DNA of 64,000 bases, taken from Nemertoderma westbladi (taxonomy: Eukaryota > Animalia > Xenacoelomorpha). This document shows, piece after piece, positions 11,518-23,031 of this stretch. The stretch covers positions 27,322 through 91,321 of the forward strand of contig JAUCBJ010002168.1 in NCBI GenBank assembly GCA_032718475.1, given 5' to 3'. Numbering within the stretch: position 1 is the first letter of the stretch; the number at the start of each line of letters is the position of its first letter. The translations under genes were made by a program, and so were the position numbers. The notes below the pieces were generated by a model, which was not told the origin of the DNA, did not search any database, and saw only the letters and a program-made list of their open reading frames with translations.

Positions 11518-12756
11518 GCCAAAGTTTAAGGCTCTATTAGCTCTGGTACTGTAATAGGGTTTATAGTAGTGATACAGTAGTGGTAATAATGTATCACGCA
11601 TTCAGCTAACCTCATATGGCCCATGGTTGTAGTTGGCCTATGTGCGATTTGGGGTTAATGCTGGCGCGTAAGATGTAAACCTAAGGATTCCAATTTTACG
11701 GTACAAGCTGGAAGTTTAAATAATTTCCAGCTCGATGCAACCCCCACCTACGCGTTGACATACAGTATAGGGGTATTAATCTTGCTACGTCTAATAAGAG
11801 CCCAACAGTCTCAGATTATTGGGGGACTGAGCCAGGGCCAAACTGGCCCACGTATTTTCCTGTGAGGGTAAATTATGTTTTGGGCCCCGCCGCGTCTTTT
11901 TATTTCATTATATCATTACCTACTGTATGACAAAAATAATACAAATGTACTGTATATTGTATTATTGTTCCTATAAATGTTCTTTATTGTTCCTAATCAT
12001 GTATTGCATATTTTATCTACTGTACCTACTGTAGTACTATCTATTCATCGTGCGTCCCCTATCTGATTGATTTGTATAAAATTAAATTGCCTTTGGCAAC
12101 ATTATTTGATACAAATCGATCGATTAAGTAATTAATTAATTGTTTAATCCACCATTTAATTAATTAATTGATTAATTAATGACCTACTTAACAGCTAAGG
12201 TGTGAAGTGGGTCCAACTGTCGCAGAAATGGGGTAACCATTACTACTTATAGCCTCTAAATAATCCAAAAAGGAGAGAAAATATACCGTATTTTTAGCCG
12301 TTTTGTTTTGCTAAAAATACACCAGAAAAAATATACAAATAAAGGGAAAAATCTAATAATAATCAATTGTTTTGGAAAACGTCTTAAAAAGCAATAAAAG
12401 GTATATGAATAAACGTCTGAAAAGTTTGGATAAAAGTCGTGAAAAGGTCGTAATAAACTTGGTGCAGCTTCACGCTATTGGAACTTGGCGATAGTGCAGA
12501 ACACCAGGTTACCGTCTGACTCCAAACTGGGGTGGTACCGATTGGACTTAAAAGGTTAGCTGCAATTTGTTCTCAGACCATAGAGGTTTATTTGGGCGAA
12601 CCACAAATAAACATATAGCCTGCGGACACAGTGCACCAGCACTACCATGGGCAGGAGAGCCGAGCCGGTGGAGACGCTGCCACTTTTACTTTTGCCTGGT
12701 AGGCAAGAGCGAGCACAAAAGCGCGCCGGGCTTGTCTAGCCAATGTGCTCAGACCA

Positions 12757-12982
12757 ACGGCGGAACCATCTTACGTTACTGGCGACCGCAAAGCTTTTCG
12801 CAAGGCCCGATCCAGCAACAAAGAGGGCTCCAACTTGGACCAGAGCTGGCTTTTAGGCCAGATAGTACAGCCGTCCGACGGCGGAATCGTCTTAAGTTAC
12901 TGGCGACCGTAAAGCCTTTCGCAGGCCCGATCCAGCAACAAAGACGGCCCCAACTCGGAACAGAGCTGACTTCTGGGCCAGG
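12757..12982 (-). ncRNA. Two tandem ~70-nt hairpins (120-bp period), candidate pre-miRNA pair or other structured RNA
   Basis: Hairpins at 12762-12831 and 12883-12951 share an identical 22-nt arm and a GCGA-capped loop. Confidence 0.4.
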
Positions 12983-13067
12983 GACCTCTGCTGTACTGAG
13001 GAGCAGGGCTTAACATTTATGCCTGAAGCAGAGTGAAAACTCTTGAAGTTTTAGTCCCTATGCGCCC

Positions 13068-13076
13068 CTATTTATA
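13068..13076 (-). promoter_or_regulatory. Candidate TATA box upstream of the hairpin pair
   Basis: Minus strand GGCTATAAATAGGGGCGC in GC-rich context; Inr-like TTCA motifs 30-42 nt downstream. Confidence 0.45.
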
Positions 13077-14134
13077 GCCTGCTGTGGGGTCAATATGGAG
13101 TTGACCTCTAAGTGTCACCTGCGCGCGGGTGGACTTTCTGGGCATGTTAAATATAATTACCCAATATAATAGACCAATTAATATTGGTGCACGTCCGAAC
13201 AATATTAGATATAATTACTCAATAATATAGACCAATTAATATTGGTGCCTGGATTGAGTTTTGAAGGTGACTTGTCAATCTCTTCCTACTGCTATTGGGT
13301 GGCGGCCATAGGCTGCGTGCTGGGGGTTGGTGTAAGGGAAGGGGTGTATTGGATAACAATCGACCCTGGATAGTGCATTGGATGGAGTGTATTGGGTGGA
13401 TCAGGCAAGGCTTGACACGCCCGCCACGACTAAGGATGTCTGGGTTGGGGCAATAAGTCGTAATGTGAGATATGGGATAATATTCTGAGAAGAATATTTT
13501 GGTGAATATTTCCGGGATGAATATTGCGTCGAATATTATTTTGAGATAAATATTACGTCTGAATAAGGAAAGGGTAATAATTATATTGTAGTTATTTCGT
13601 TACTAAAATCAGAGTCCTGAGGAAGTGTATTTTGTATGTTTGCCTACGGAGGCACGAAAAATCGATTACACTCGCTACGCGGACCTAAAAACGCTGCAAA
13701 CTCATAAGTGCTGACTGACGAGTGGATACTAAATATACAGTAATAAGTTACCAGGCAGAGAGCTCGAGTTCGTTCCTTAAAGGTCTGTCATTATTTTTTT
13801 GTGTTGCCTAATTCTCTCTTCTTTTTATATATATATATATTTTTTTATCAGAAAGTGTTTCTATAGCTGAGATAATATTGGTATATCTAGTTAGTTTATT
13901 GCTTTGGTTAGGGTTAGTTACATCAAATTATTGCCATTTACTGCCCTTCCTGATTTCAAAGATTATCACTTGGGGTAGGTTACTAATGTCACATTGAAAT
14001 TAAATTGTCGTTTTTCAATTTTCAGATTTTACATGTGTTATTTGTAGTTTTTAAATGAGGAATCCACATCTGAAACTACGTGTGAATAGCCGGCATAGTT
14101 TTCGAGATAATTATGTTTGAAATTTTCAAACACG

Positions 14135-14337
14135 GTCATACAACCCGAAGGCTTCTCTCTCTTAGCTGGTACCTGTAAGACAGAGAAGGGATGGCGTCAC
14201 ACTAACTCCCAAGTCCCAATACTCTCGCTATCCAACCTATTTTTACTCCTCCAGCAAATCCCAGGTTCCCATTACAGATGAGCGGGCTGTATCTAGTTCC
14301 TTGTGCAGTTTCTTTTCTAGGGCTCGAACTCACGACC
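14135..14337 (-). mobile_element. tRNA-derived SINE, 5'-truncated
   Basis: B-box GGTCGTGAGTTCGAGCCC followed by a non-tRNA body. Confidence 0.5.
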
Positions 14338-15429
14338 TAATTATATTTAATTAATTATTTTTAATTAATAATTATTTAATTATGTTGAATTATATTTAAT
14401 TGGCGGTAAGTCAGAATGATAGATAAAAACATGTATAAAAGAAACGAACATTATGACGATATAAAATACTGTATGACGATAGCAAATATGGAGGCAGTAA
14501 GAAAAACAATAATAATAGAAACATAGGTTTACTGAGCGTAACTACCTATGGTGCGGTTGGACTTCCATTATGCGATATGGGTAGTTTACTTTGTTGTATT
14601 GTTGTATAAGCGGCGCCTTTCGTTTTAATATTTGGGAGGTCTCTATTCTGTCCGTTGATGTTAAGTTTTCTAAATGTTTCCTAAGATTTCTTGTTTTAAC
14701 CGTGAACCGTGGAGAAAAACCTGCGCTGTATTTCGATTTTTTTTATTCGCTGGTGTATTCGATTTTTTCTTATGAAATCCGTAGAGTTTTTGGTTAATAA
14801 TGTTAGAATACCGCAGTACACCCTTTAATTGTATTAATATTTTGCCTTTGGAGTTTACATACAATTTTTCTAATCGTGATCGTCTGATCGTAGCCATTAT
14901 AGCTGGGACATTGTTTCCTCTAATTACTTATCAACTTCATCATTGACACTGCTCAAATTATTGATTGACTTCGAAATAAGAGTTTCCTGTACGTTTGATG
15001 TACCGGTAAGGTTGGTAGTTGTTGGAGTAATAACGTTGTGATTGCTGATTGGGAAGTGTTGGAGGTAGTGGTTGTGTCCATATCTTCACCGAGAGTTGTC
15101 TCCAATTGGTAATTAATTACCCGGCCAATTTCCCTGTTTTGACGTTGACAACCGATGAATGTAATGTATGTGTTTACATCAAACTGTCAAAATGTACGTA
15201 CACCTTGGTTTACATAAACTTTGACGTATGGTAACATCTATACACACGTACATGTACTGTACAGTATAATGGTGAACACAGATCCCACAGTCACAGTCTT
15301 TGCACTGCAGTGGACAGAGTGGGAAACTCGCGTTAAGTTATCCGCTTATTTAAGTTTAACTTAGATAAAAACGAACACAATGATTTACCGACGGGGTAGA
15401 ATCTCAGTCATTACTCATACTACAGTACA

Positions 15430-16060
15430 GTACAGTGCGATCTGTACACGTACAGATGGACATATAAGGGATGCCATGCCCTGTGAAGGTTGTCTCGGCA
15501 TATTACTTTACCTATTTAGGGGTTGAGTTCTCTTCCTCAGGAAGCTTCTTTGTCGCAGAAAGCCAATAAAGCTACAGTATGGTCTCGCTCTATAAGTATA
15601 TAGGCCCCACTTAAACCAACTTTTGAACATTTCATTAGACCTTCTTATGAAACTATTCACAACTCTTTTATACTACCAATTCTGAACTACGGTGCAGAAG
15701 TTTGGGTTTTCACGGAGCCAGAGATGTTGAAAGAGTCCAACTATCTTTTCTTAAACGCATAATGGGTGTGAAATCAAGTAGGGCCTACTCCAAATTTCAT
15801 GGTATAGAGGCCGAGTCAGGTGTAATTCCATTGGCTCTTCACAGGAAATTTATAATATTGAAGATTTGGGTACGCTTTTTGCTTTTGTTTTGGGTACGGT
15901 AAAATAATTTTATCTTGAATTATTTTATTAACCTTGAGGGTCAGAGACACCCTAAATTGGTTAGGATTGAGTTGGGCTTGGGCAGTCGAAATCATCGAAA
16001 TGGTATTCTAGGATCATCCAGACTGATTTTATTTGACCAGTAGGCCTACGTACAGGCCTG
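15430..16060 (+). mobile_element. Degraded non-LTR retrotransposon RT C-terminal fragment
   Basis: LPILNYGAEVWGF...VERVQLSFLKRIMGVKSS...ESGVIPL...IILKIW. Confidence 0.7.
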
Positions 16061-16756
16061 GTGGGCAAATATAAATAGGTCACCTACTGTCAGGGGACAC
16101 TTTACATTAAAAAACGGGTTGGTACAGAACTGCGTTTGAACTCTCTGAAAAATACCCCCCCCCCCCCCCCCCCCTTAAAGCTGGCGCTAGCGCGCTTGAG
16201 GTGCTTAACCCTCAGGTTGCAGGTGGAGGTAGGCCGGTGTGACCGACAGCCGACAGGAACCTTCCGACGGATTGTGTCGAGTCTGTAACTAAATATAAAT
16301 TTAGGATGAAATTAATTTTTTCTAATTTGTCCCTCAGACAGAGAACTTAAGAATCTTATTTATTAGTAGGCCTACAGTATTTCTTATCAATTATTTTATT
16401 CCGTTCTATCTATCTTTATTAGTAAGAATTTCAAACTCAGAAAAATGGTGTTATCGCTACTGTACAGTACAATCGAAGTAACCTAACCTACAGTATATCA
16501 ATTGTAACCACTATGATATGTTTTATGTTAGTTCATGTTTTATTTATTGTTTATTGTAATTCACTAATTCTGTGGTATTGCAGACCTGTGCTGTGCAGCT
16601 GATTAGTACTAATAATAATATGTTTACATTATTGTGTGTGATCTCAACTTATAGCATCAATAATGATAGTTGCTTATGGTCTACGCACCGAATTTAGTAA
16701 TATCGCGGGTTAAAGTAATAACAATGCAAATACAATATCATAAAGTGAAATAAATT

Positions 16757-17045
16757 ACGAGTCACAGAAGGCACAGCCCGTCGCGGTGACTTCTCCCCCT
16801 TTGTGGCTTCTTGTGACGGAGTCATGGCCCCACAAGCCAACAGACTGCTCCGTATAATTGCCACACGACTGACCAACTCTTGGAGTAAACCTTACTCAAC
16901 AGTATTTGGGGTGGGTCCGAGCGCGACTCATGTTTGCCACCATCAGTGTTCGACGACTCCCTGCCTGAGAGGGTCCTGTACAAAGTGGCGCAGTGGGCTG
17001 GGGATTGAGGACGGTGCAAGGCTACCAATTTCATTCGGAAGTTGA
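16757..17045 (+). mobile_element. 3' end of a CRE-like (restriction-like endonuclease) retrotransposon
   Basis: FSPFVASCDGVMAPQA..LLR.IA.RL..SWSKPYS.V, then after frameshifts WVRARL.FA and CLRGS.TKWR. Confidence 0.7.
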
Positions 17046-19041
17046 AGGGGAAAGTAAAGAAAATGGGAAATGGGAGCTGGTCTACAGTAGGGGTCTTAGA
17101 GGAAAGGGAAGAAAATAAAAAGAAGATCGAAAAGTCGGGGGAAGTATGTATAAGGAATTCTAGATCGAATCAATTCGATGGTGCAGTTGGATGGAAGAAG
17201 TTGATGAGAGGAAAATGAACTTACTGACTTGAACCGATTCTATTTCTAATGTATTTTGTGATTTTATTTGCTGAAGTTAAAGACCATTTATTCGTTATTA
17301 GCCTACTGTATGTAATGCAATGCCTATATCATAATATAAGTACGTGGATATTCAATATAGTCTATCCCCTGTTGTTGGCGGGGGAAGGGGGAGACAGGAC
17401 CTCACAGACGGCATCGGAGTGGGTGGGATCCATGGTACCCAGCATGGAGGCCTGGTGTCATAAATATACCATATTCTAGAACATTTTGTTTATCACATTC
17501 GTATTTAGCTGGCAACAATACAATGCCTCCTTAGTCATACTAAAACTAATACGTATCCATTCATAAATAAACAAAATGTTCTAGAATATGATGTTATTAT
17601 TTAATAGAATAAAAGAGCCTCACGCAGGTGCTAAACCATGAATCTTTTGAACGTTCAGACAGTATCTCAAACTACTTTTCAACGAAATGTTAGATTATAT
17701 TACTTATTTGGAATCCTTGACCAGTTATCCATGAGTACAAAATCACCAAAAGGTTAAATAATAACTGCGTGTAACTGGTGAAATTTCGCCTGAGACACCT
17801 TTTTCAATCACTTGTAGCTAATAATTGAAAGAAAAAATTAATATTCTGGCTCACCCACGGAGGGTGAGGGAGGTGAATCTACATATCTCAGATTCAAATT
17901 TCATGGCAAAAAGTGACTTTTTGGATCCAAGACTATTTCTCCACCAATATGTGTTGACATTTATCGCCATTTGGAACATAAGATCAGAAGACACCATTTC
18001 AGGCCCCAAAAAATTTCTATTTTTGGGCCTTTTTATCTAAAAAGTCTCCAGAACATATAGCAAAATTTGTATGGAAGATTTGTTGACAAAGGTATTCCGA
18101 ACAAGTAACTACTAAATTTCAACACGTTTCAGTTAAAATTAAGAGATAAGCAGATAAATAGCCTTTTCAATGGATAAATGAGATAAAGGAGTTTAAGGTT
18201 TAAGATTTTTCACAAACAATTCAAACCTTCCCGCTATTTTAGATATATAATTTGTTTTTGTTCAACAATAACCTTGTCAAAAATGAATGAAATTCAACGA
18301 AATTTATTTCATCCTTACTAGAAATTTAACTACTAAAACAACATTTTAGCAATTTAATTCATATCTGTAACGTGAGAAACTTATTATTGAAAAAAGCTTT
18401 TATTCAATTATTGTAAAATATTGTAAGGCTGATCGAAGGCTGCTTGTCAAAAAAAACAGACTAGCTCTTGAGGTTTTGGCTAATAAATCGAATTTAAAGA
18501 AAGATATGAGAAAGCTGTGCAGATTTGAAATCTTCATTAAATTCGACAAATGATAGGATTCAATTTTTTTTTGACAATTTCCAAAATAGGGTGTGCTTAA
18601 TTAAAAATATGATCAGTAATTATGATCTTTTCTCTGCTATTCTAAATTTAATTATCTGCTTTCAAAATTTTAATCAATTGTTGTAATGTTAAGTATTACA
18701 CACTTAATCAAAGAATGGGTATGTATGAGTTGAGTGTGCTGTGCATCGCCACTCCGAAGCATCAGAAGGAAGGAGGCTCGTACCTGCGTCACGGGATGTA
18801 AGCTTCTTAGTTGCAGCTACCACGGATGGATAAGTTTCCTGTCCCCCAGCAACCAACCATAAATCGTACAAATTGGCTATGTGGCTACTATCACCTCATT
18901 GACGTTAATATCATTTTTCTGCAGCTGAAACCAATCTTCTTGAGTAAATAACTCGCATTAAAACATTTTATTTCTTTCCTAATGGATTTCATGGTCGTGC
19001 TGTATTAATAACATATAATGTGTCAATTTCAAGAAAGATAG

Positions 19042-20841
19042 ATGGGATATCATTTTATAGTATTTATACTTTATTTTAATCTTATTTGTGTACTAGCTTC
19101 TTATCAAACTCTGGATAGCGGCGATATTAGTGATTCTCAAAATGTTTACGACGATGATCAATTTAGTGATGATATGGATGACATTTACAGCGAGAATGTG
19201 GTTTATAACGACAACGAAGTACAAGAATCATCGATATATTCACGGCACGTGAAGATTCCAGGATTCTCCGCCAACCAGGATGACAGCTATGTTTGCACAT
19301 ACTTCGAATTCCCGCGAGACGAGACATATCTCGTCGACTTCGCACCGTTCGTGGATCAAGCAACGGTGAATGCGATCGCTCTGTGGGCCTGTTATCGGCC
19401 AGCCAAGTTAACCGACATCTGGAGCTGCAACGACTCCGACGATATTTGTCTGTCGCAGCCAATACCTATGTACTCCTGGCAGGAAGGTCATCCAACAGCA
19501 GATATTCCAACCGGAAGTGGGATATTAGTTGGAGGAAAATCTTCCCTCAAATCTCTAATACTTCGAGTCCATTACGTCAGTAAGTCGCGACAAAGAGATT
19601 TCTCAGGTGTTACAATTCAGATGACTCCGATGAGACCCCCGAAGCTAGTTGGGGTCTATTTGTTGATTTCCGTTGAGGCTGCCGTAGACAACACCGTGAC
19701 GATCGGCTGTGTGCACGATAACGAGGACCACATGGAGCCGTACGCGTTTCACGTGCGAAGTTCCGCCAAAGAAGTGAGCGGTTTCTATTTGTGCGGTGAA
19801 GAGGTAAGTCTTCTGGGTTCAGCGATGCCTCAATGGTCCGAATCGATATATCCTATCAAAGACAGTCCGGTAATTCATAAGGGAGGTCATGTCGTCGCGA
19901 GGTGCCTGTTTGAAGAGGGAATCGAAGCTGATCACAATCGTGGATGCATGTTTTACGTGTTCTATTTAATAAACTCCAATGACTACCAAGAGCCAATCAC
20001 GATTTGCGGTAGCAAACTTGAAGAACCGTTATCCAAATTGATAGCCGATCAGTCACCTCTTATATCCAACATACGAGTCGACCGATTTATCGCACAAACG
20101 TTCTCGGAACTTATTGCAAAGTTTGGATTGGATTGGGATCAAAACAAAGAAATACGGGATGAGTTAGAAGATTTGGTGGAATTTAACAATGGTTACAAAA
20201 ATAGCCATGAAAAACTTATTGAAAAATCATTACATACTCCCGAGGACTCAACCAAATGGAAGGTGGCTTCTAGTAACGGTGCAAATGAAACCTCGTGTGT
20301 CACAAGATCTCAAGTATATCTGAAACAAAGACCTACAACCCCATTGGCAACATCATCATTCAAGATGCCGACCACTTCAACCTTGCCATCATCTTCGCCA
20401 ATACTAATAAAAACGTCATTGCCTCCAAAACAAATCTCTGCCGAAGTAGTAACTGAAAACGATGCCGATGGTGATGGCGATGTTGTATTCGACCTTCACG
20501 ACGAAGACAACATATTGAAAGATACTGACCTTAGCGGACCCAACGATCTGCAGTCATCATTAATGGTTATGGCCATGCTGACTGTTCCAATATTCATCAT
20601 GGTGGTTGTTACAGTCATTTTGCGGATGAAAAAGGATACCAGTGACATCAAGCCGTCTTTTGACAAACTTAAAAATTCCCGAGGTTATAAGCGAACTAAA
20701 CAAGCCAGTGAGAAAATTCAGGGGATAATCAACCAGTGGAACACACGAAAGGGTTTTGATCCACTTAGGCAGGACGATAGTGGGGGGGAGTTAAACCAAT
20801 CAGATTCGGAGGTGGATGAATACACGGCTAAGCCAGTATAG
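19042..20841 (+). CDS. PAM-like type I membrane protein: signal peptide, degenerate PHM domain, S/T/P-rich stalk, TM helix, PAM-type cytosolic tail; no PAL domain
   Basis: 599-aa open ORF. PHM landmarks DSYVC, LWAC, IWSC, G.LVGGKS, LRVHY, DFSGV, ARC, CMFYVFY; TM LMVMAMLTVPIFIMVVVTVIL; tail RKGFDPL..SDSEVDEYTA resembles PAM RKGFDR..ESEEEYSA. Confidence 0.88.
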   Translation: MGYHFIVFILYFNLICVLASYQTLDSGDISDSQNVYDDDQFSDDMDDIYSENVVYNDNEVQESSIYSRHVKIPGFSANQDDSYVCTYFEFPRDETYLVDFAPFVDQATVNAIALWACYRPAKLTDIWSCNDSDDICLSQPIPMYSWQEGHPTADIPTGSGILVGGKSSLKSLILRVHYVSKSRQRDFSGVTIQMTPMRPPKLVGVYLLISVEAAVDNTVTIGCVHDNEDHMEPYAFHVRSSAKEVSGFYLCGEEVSLLGSAMPQWSESIYPIKDSPVIHKGGHVVARCLFEEGIEADHNRGCMFYVFYLINSNDYQEPITICGSKLEEPLSKLIADQSPLISNIRVDRFIAQTFSELIAKFGLDWDQNKEIRDELEDLVEFNNGYKNSHEKLIEKSLHTPEDSTKWKVASSNGANETSCVTRSQVYLKQRPTTPLATSSFKMPTTSTLPSSSPILIKTSLPPKQISAEVVTENDADGDGDVVFDLHDEDNILKDTDLSGPNDLQSSLMVMAMLTVPIFIMVVVTVILRMKKDTSDIKPSFDKLKNSRGYKRTKQASEKIQGIINQWNTRKGFDPLRQDDSGGELNQSDSEVDEYTAKPV

Positions 20842-21564
20842 ACTTCGCTGTTAGATGATTCCAAAATGGAATCACTTCACTGAACCTTTATCGCGAATGA
20901 CTAAGGTTGAACTAAAGCCATATTATACCTCATAAAGTTTATGTAAAGCCTATGATGTCAAAATTACTGTACATAGTAAACAAAATAACGTTGTTAGCTC
21001 GAACCCTATCCGTATTTTTGTTATTGTACCAGGGTGCAGACAATAACCATTTACATATTTGTTTGCAGAGTTTATTTATCAGCACACTTTACAGTGTGCT
21101 GATCCGAGTGCTTTGTTACACAAACGAACAAAGTGAATTGGTGTAAATATAATCAAATCACGAGTTATAAGTTATAATTGAGATTTAATTTGCTAAATAA
21201 CACTCTTATGATATATCCTATACATATAGATTGGCGCAAATTAACCACAAGTGAATAAAATTTTGTTTATTTCTTTAGTTAGAATACATCGAAATGGGCA
21301 CTTGAGTTTATGTGTGTTGCGAATTCAATAAAAGGCCATGTGTGGAAAATTATCATGATTTTCATCATGAATTTGATTACAGTAGCAGGCCTATAATGGG
21401 AACTTATGTTTGAACGTATGTTGAAGTCATAGCCATCCTTGGCTATGTACTGTAGCTCATCCGGCCACGGGACACACACTGCACCCCTACAGTATGCTGC
21501 CAGGTGCATGTACGCCAGGTGCATTGGAGTGGACTTAATGGAATTGAGAGCACTCCACTCCTGA

Positions 21565-21820
21565 CCAACCATTGGCTTTCGCCGTGAGGACCAGCCAGTG
21601 CATAATCTTGTACTTTGGCAGCCTCATGGAGTGAATAAGCATGGTGGACAGCCCATGACTTTCTTGAGACGCATCTTAAAGGACACTGGCCTTGAAGATG
21701 CGGATGATCTAGCAAATGTCATGGGTGATAGGGAGTTGTGGCGGCGCAATTTTGTCGACAAGCCGGCACAGTATTCTTAAAAATGCAGCTGCAATGCAGC
21801 ATGCCGATACTAGTAGTAGC
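21565..21820 (+). mobile_element. 3' end of RTE-type LINE family B with short (TAG)n tail
   Basis: RREDQPVHNLVLWQPHG...LANVMGDRELWR; homologous to 35137-35305 and, inverted, to 32570-32935. Confidence 0.8.
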
Positions 21821-22627
21821 CATTGATTGATTACGATCTTCATGGTCAGGCCTCTTGACCCTGCAGCCGAGTAGGCCTATATGGATCCTTATTTATCCCA
21901 GTATGTTCCTGAGACGTGTTGACCTAGGTCTAAAGGCCATAGATCTTAACAAAACAGGACTATAACTCAATAAAACAAATTATGCGGGAAACATATCTTT
22001 TCACTCATTTTCAGTTGAGGGAAATTAAACTATTCTGCCCGAGTGGAAACTCAACACGCGATAGTAGAATATCTGAATTTAGCTAAAGAAAATGAATGGA
22101 AAATGGTGTTTTCCGTTACGTTTTTATATCGAATAATTTGTTTTATTTTAAAAAGTCATCACCAGCGTTAGCCCTCATAGTTAATCCCTTTGCATTCTTA
22201 GGAAGATACTCCGAAAGTAGAGCGTCATCGTACTCATCATTAACATTGTCGAGCACGTTCAGATTGTCAGGAATGATACCGTTATGTTGTTACTATTCGC
22301 CTACCATGTCCAGTACCTCTCTATGCCATTCTGCAGGATGGGCCAGGCCTATGATTGTATACTGTATTGTGTAGGGGCCTACTACTGTTTTACTTTTAAC
22401 ATTGTTCAGCCGTTGTGGTGTTCTATGTTATTGTGGTGTTCTATGTTGTATGGTGGAATTGTGTGGTGGAATGGATGGCTCGCCCCGGAGGAGGAGGGTC
22501 AGGGAGAGGGGAGGTAGGCCTGGTGGAGAGTGAGGGATTGTAGGGATAGTGGACCTGTGTACTGGTGTACCGGTAGTCGGAATTAGAGGTTTCAGGGTTT
22601 TGGTGATTTATCTTGTTGATATTGAAG

Positions 22628-22686
22628 AGATAAGATAAGATAAGATAAGATAAGATAAGATAAGATAAGATAAGATAAGATAAGAT
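22628..22686. repeat. (TAAGA)n microsatellite, probably a minus-strand LINE tail
   Basis: Pentamer run; on the minus strand it directly follows AATAAA, a similar arrangement to 59354. Confidence 0.85.
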
Positions 22687-23031
22687 TTATTAACAATTTC
22701 TACACAGATATAGAGCAAATTTGTACTAAATAAATTGATAACTATTGTATATAATATATGCATGCACATAATGTACTCTACGTGTAGCTGGTACCTGGAC
22801 GGGTAGTCCCATTATTTCAGGCACCAGTAACACAGCGATTAATTTATTTATTATTAACTACATTAGGCCTAATTAAGTATTGTAATATTGACAGTAATTC
22901 TAATATATTGCATTAAGTATAAAACAATTTCGTAGGAGATTATATACAGATTATATAGGTTCGTAGAGATTAAATACAAGGATTGTTTATTGACAGACTT
23001 CCGCCATTTTCCCACAAGCTATCACCGCGAA

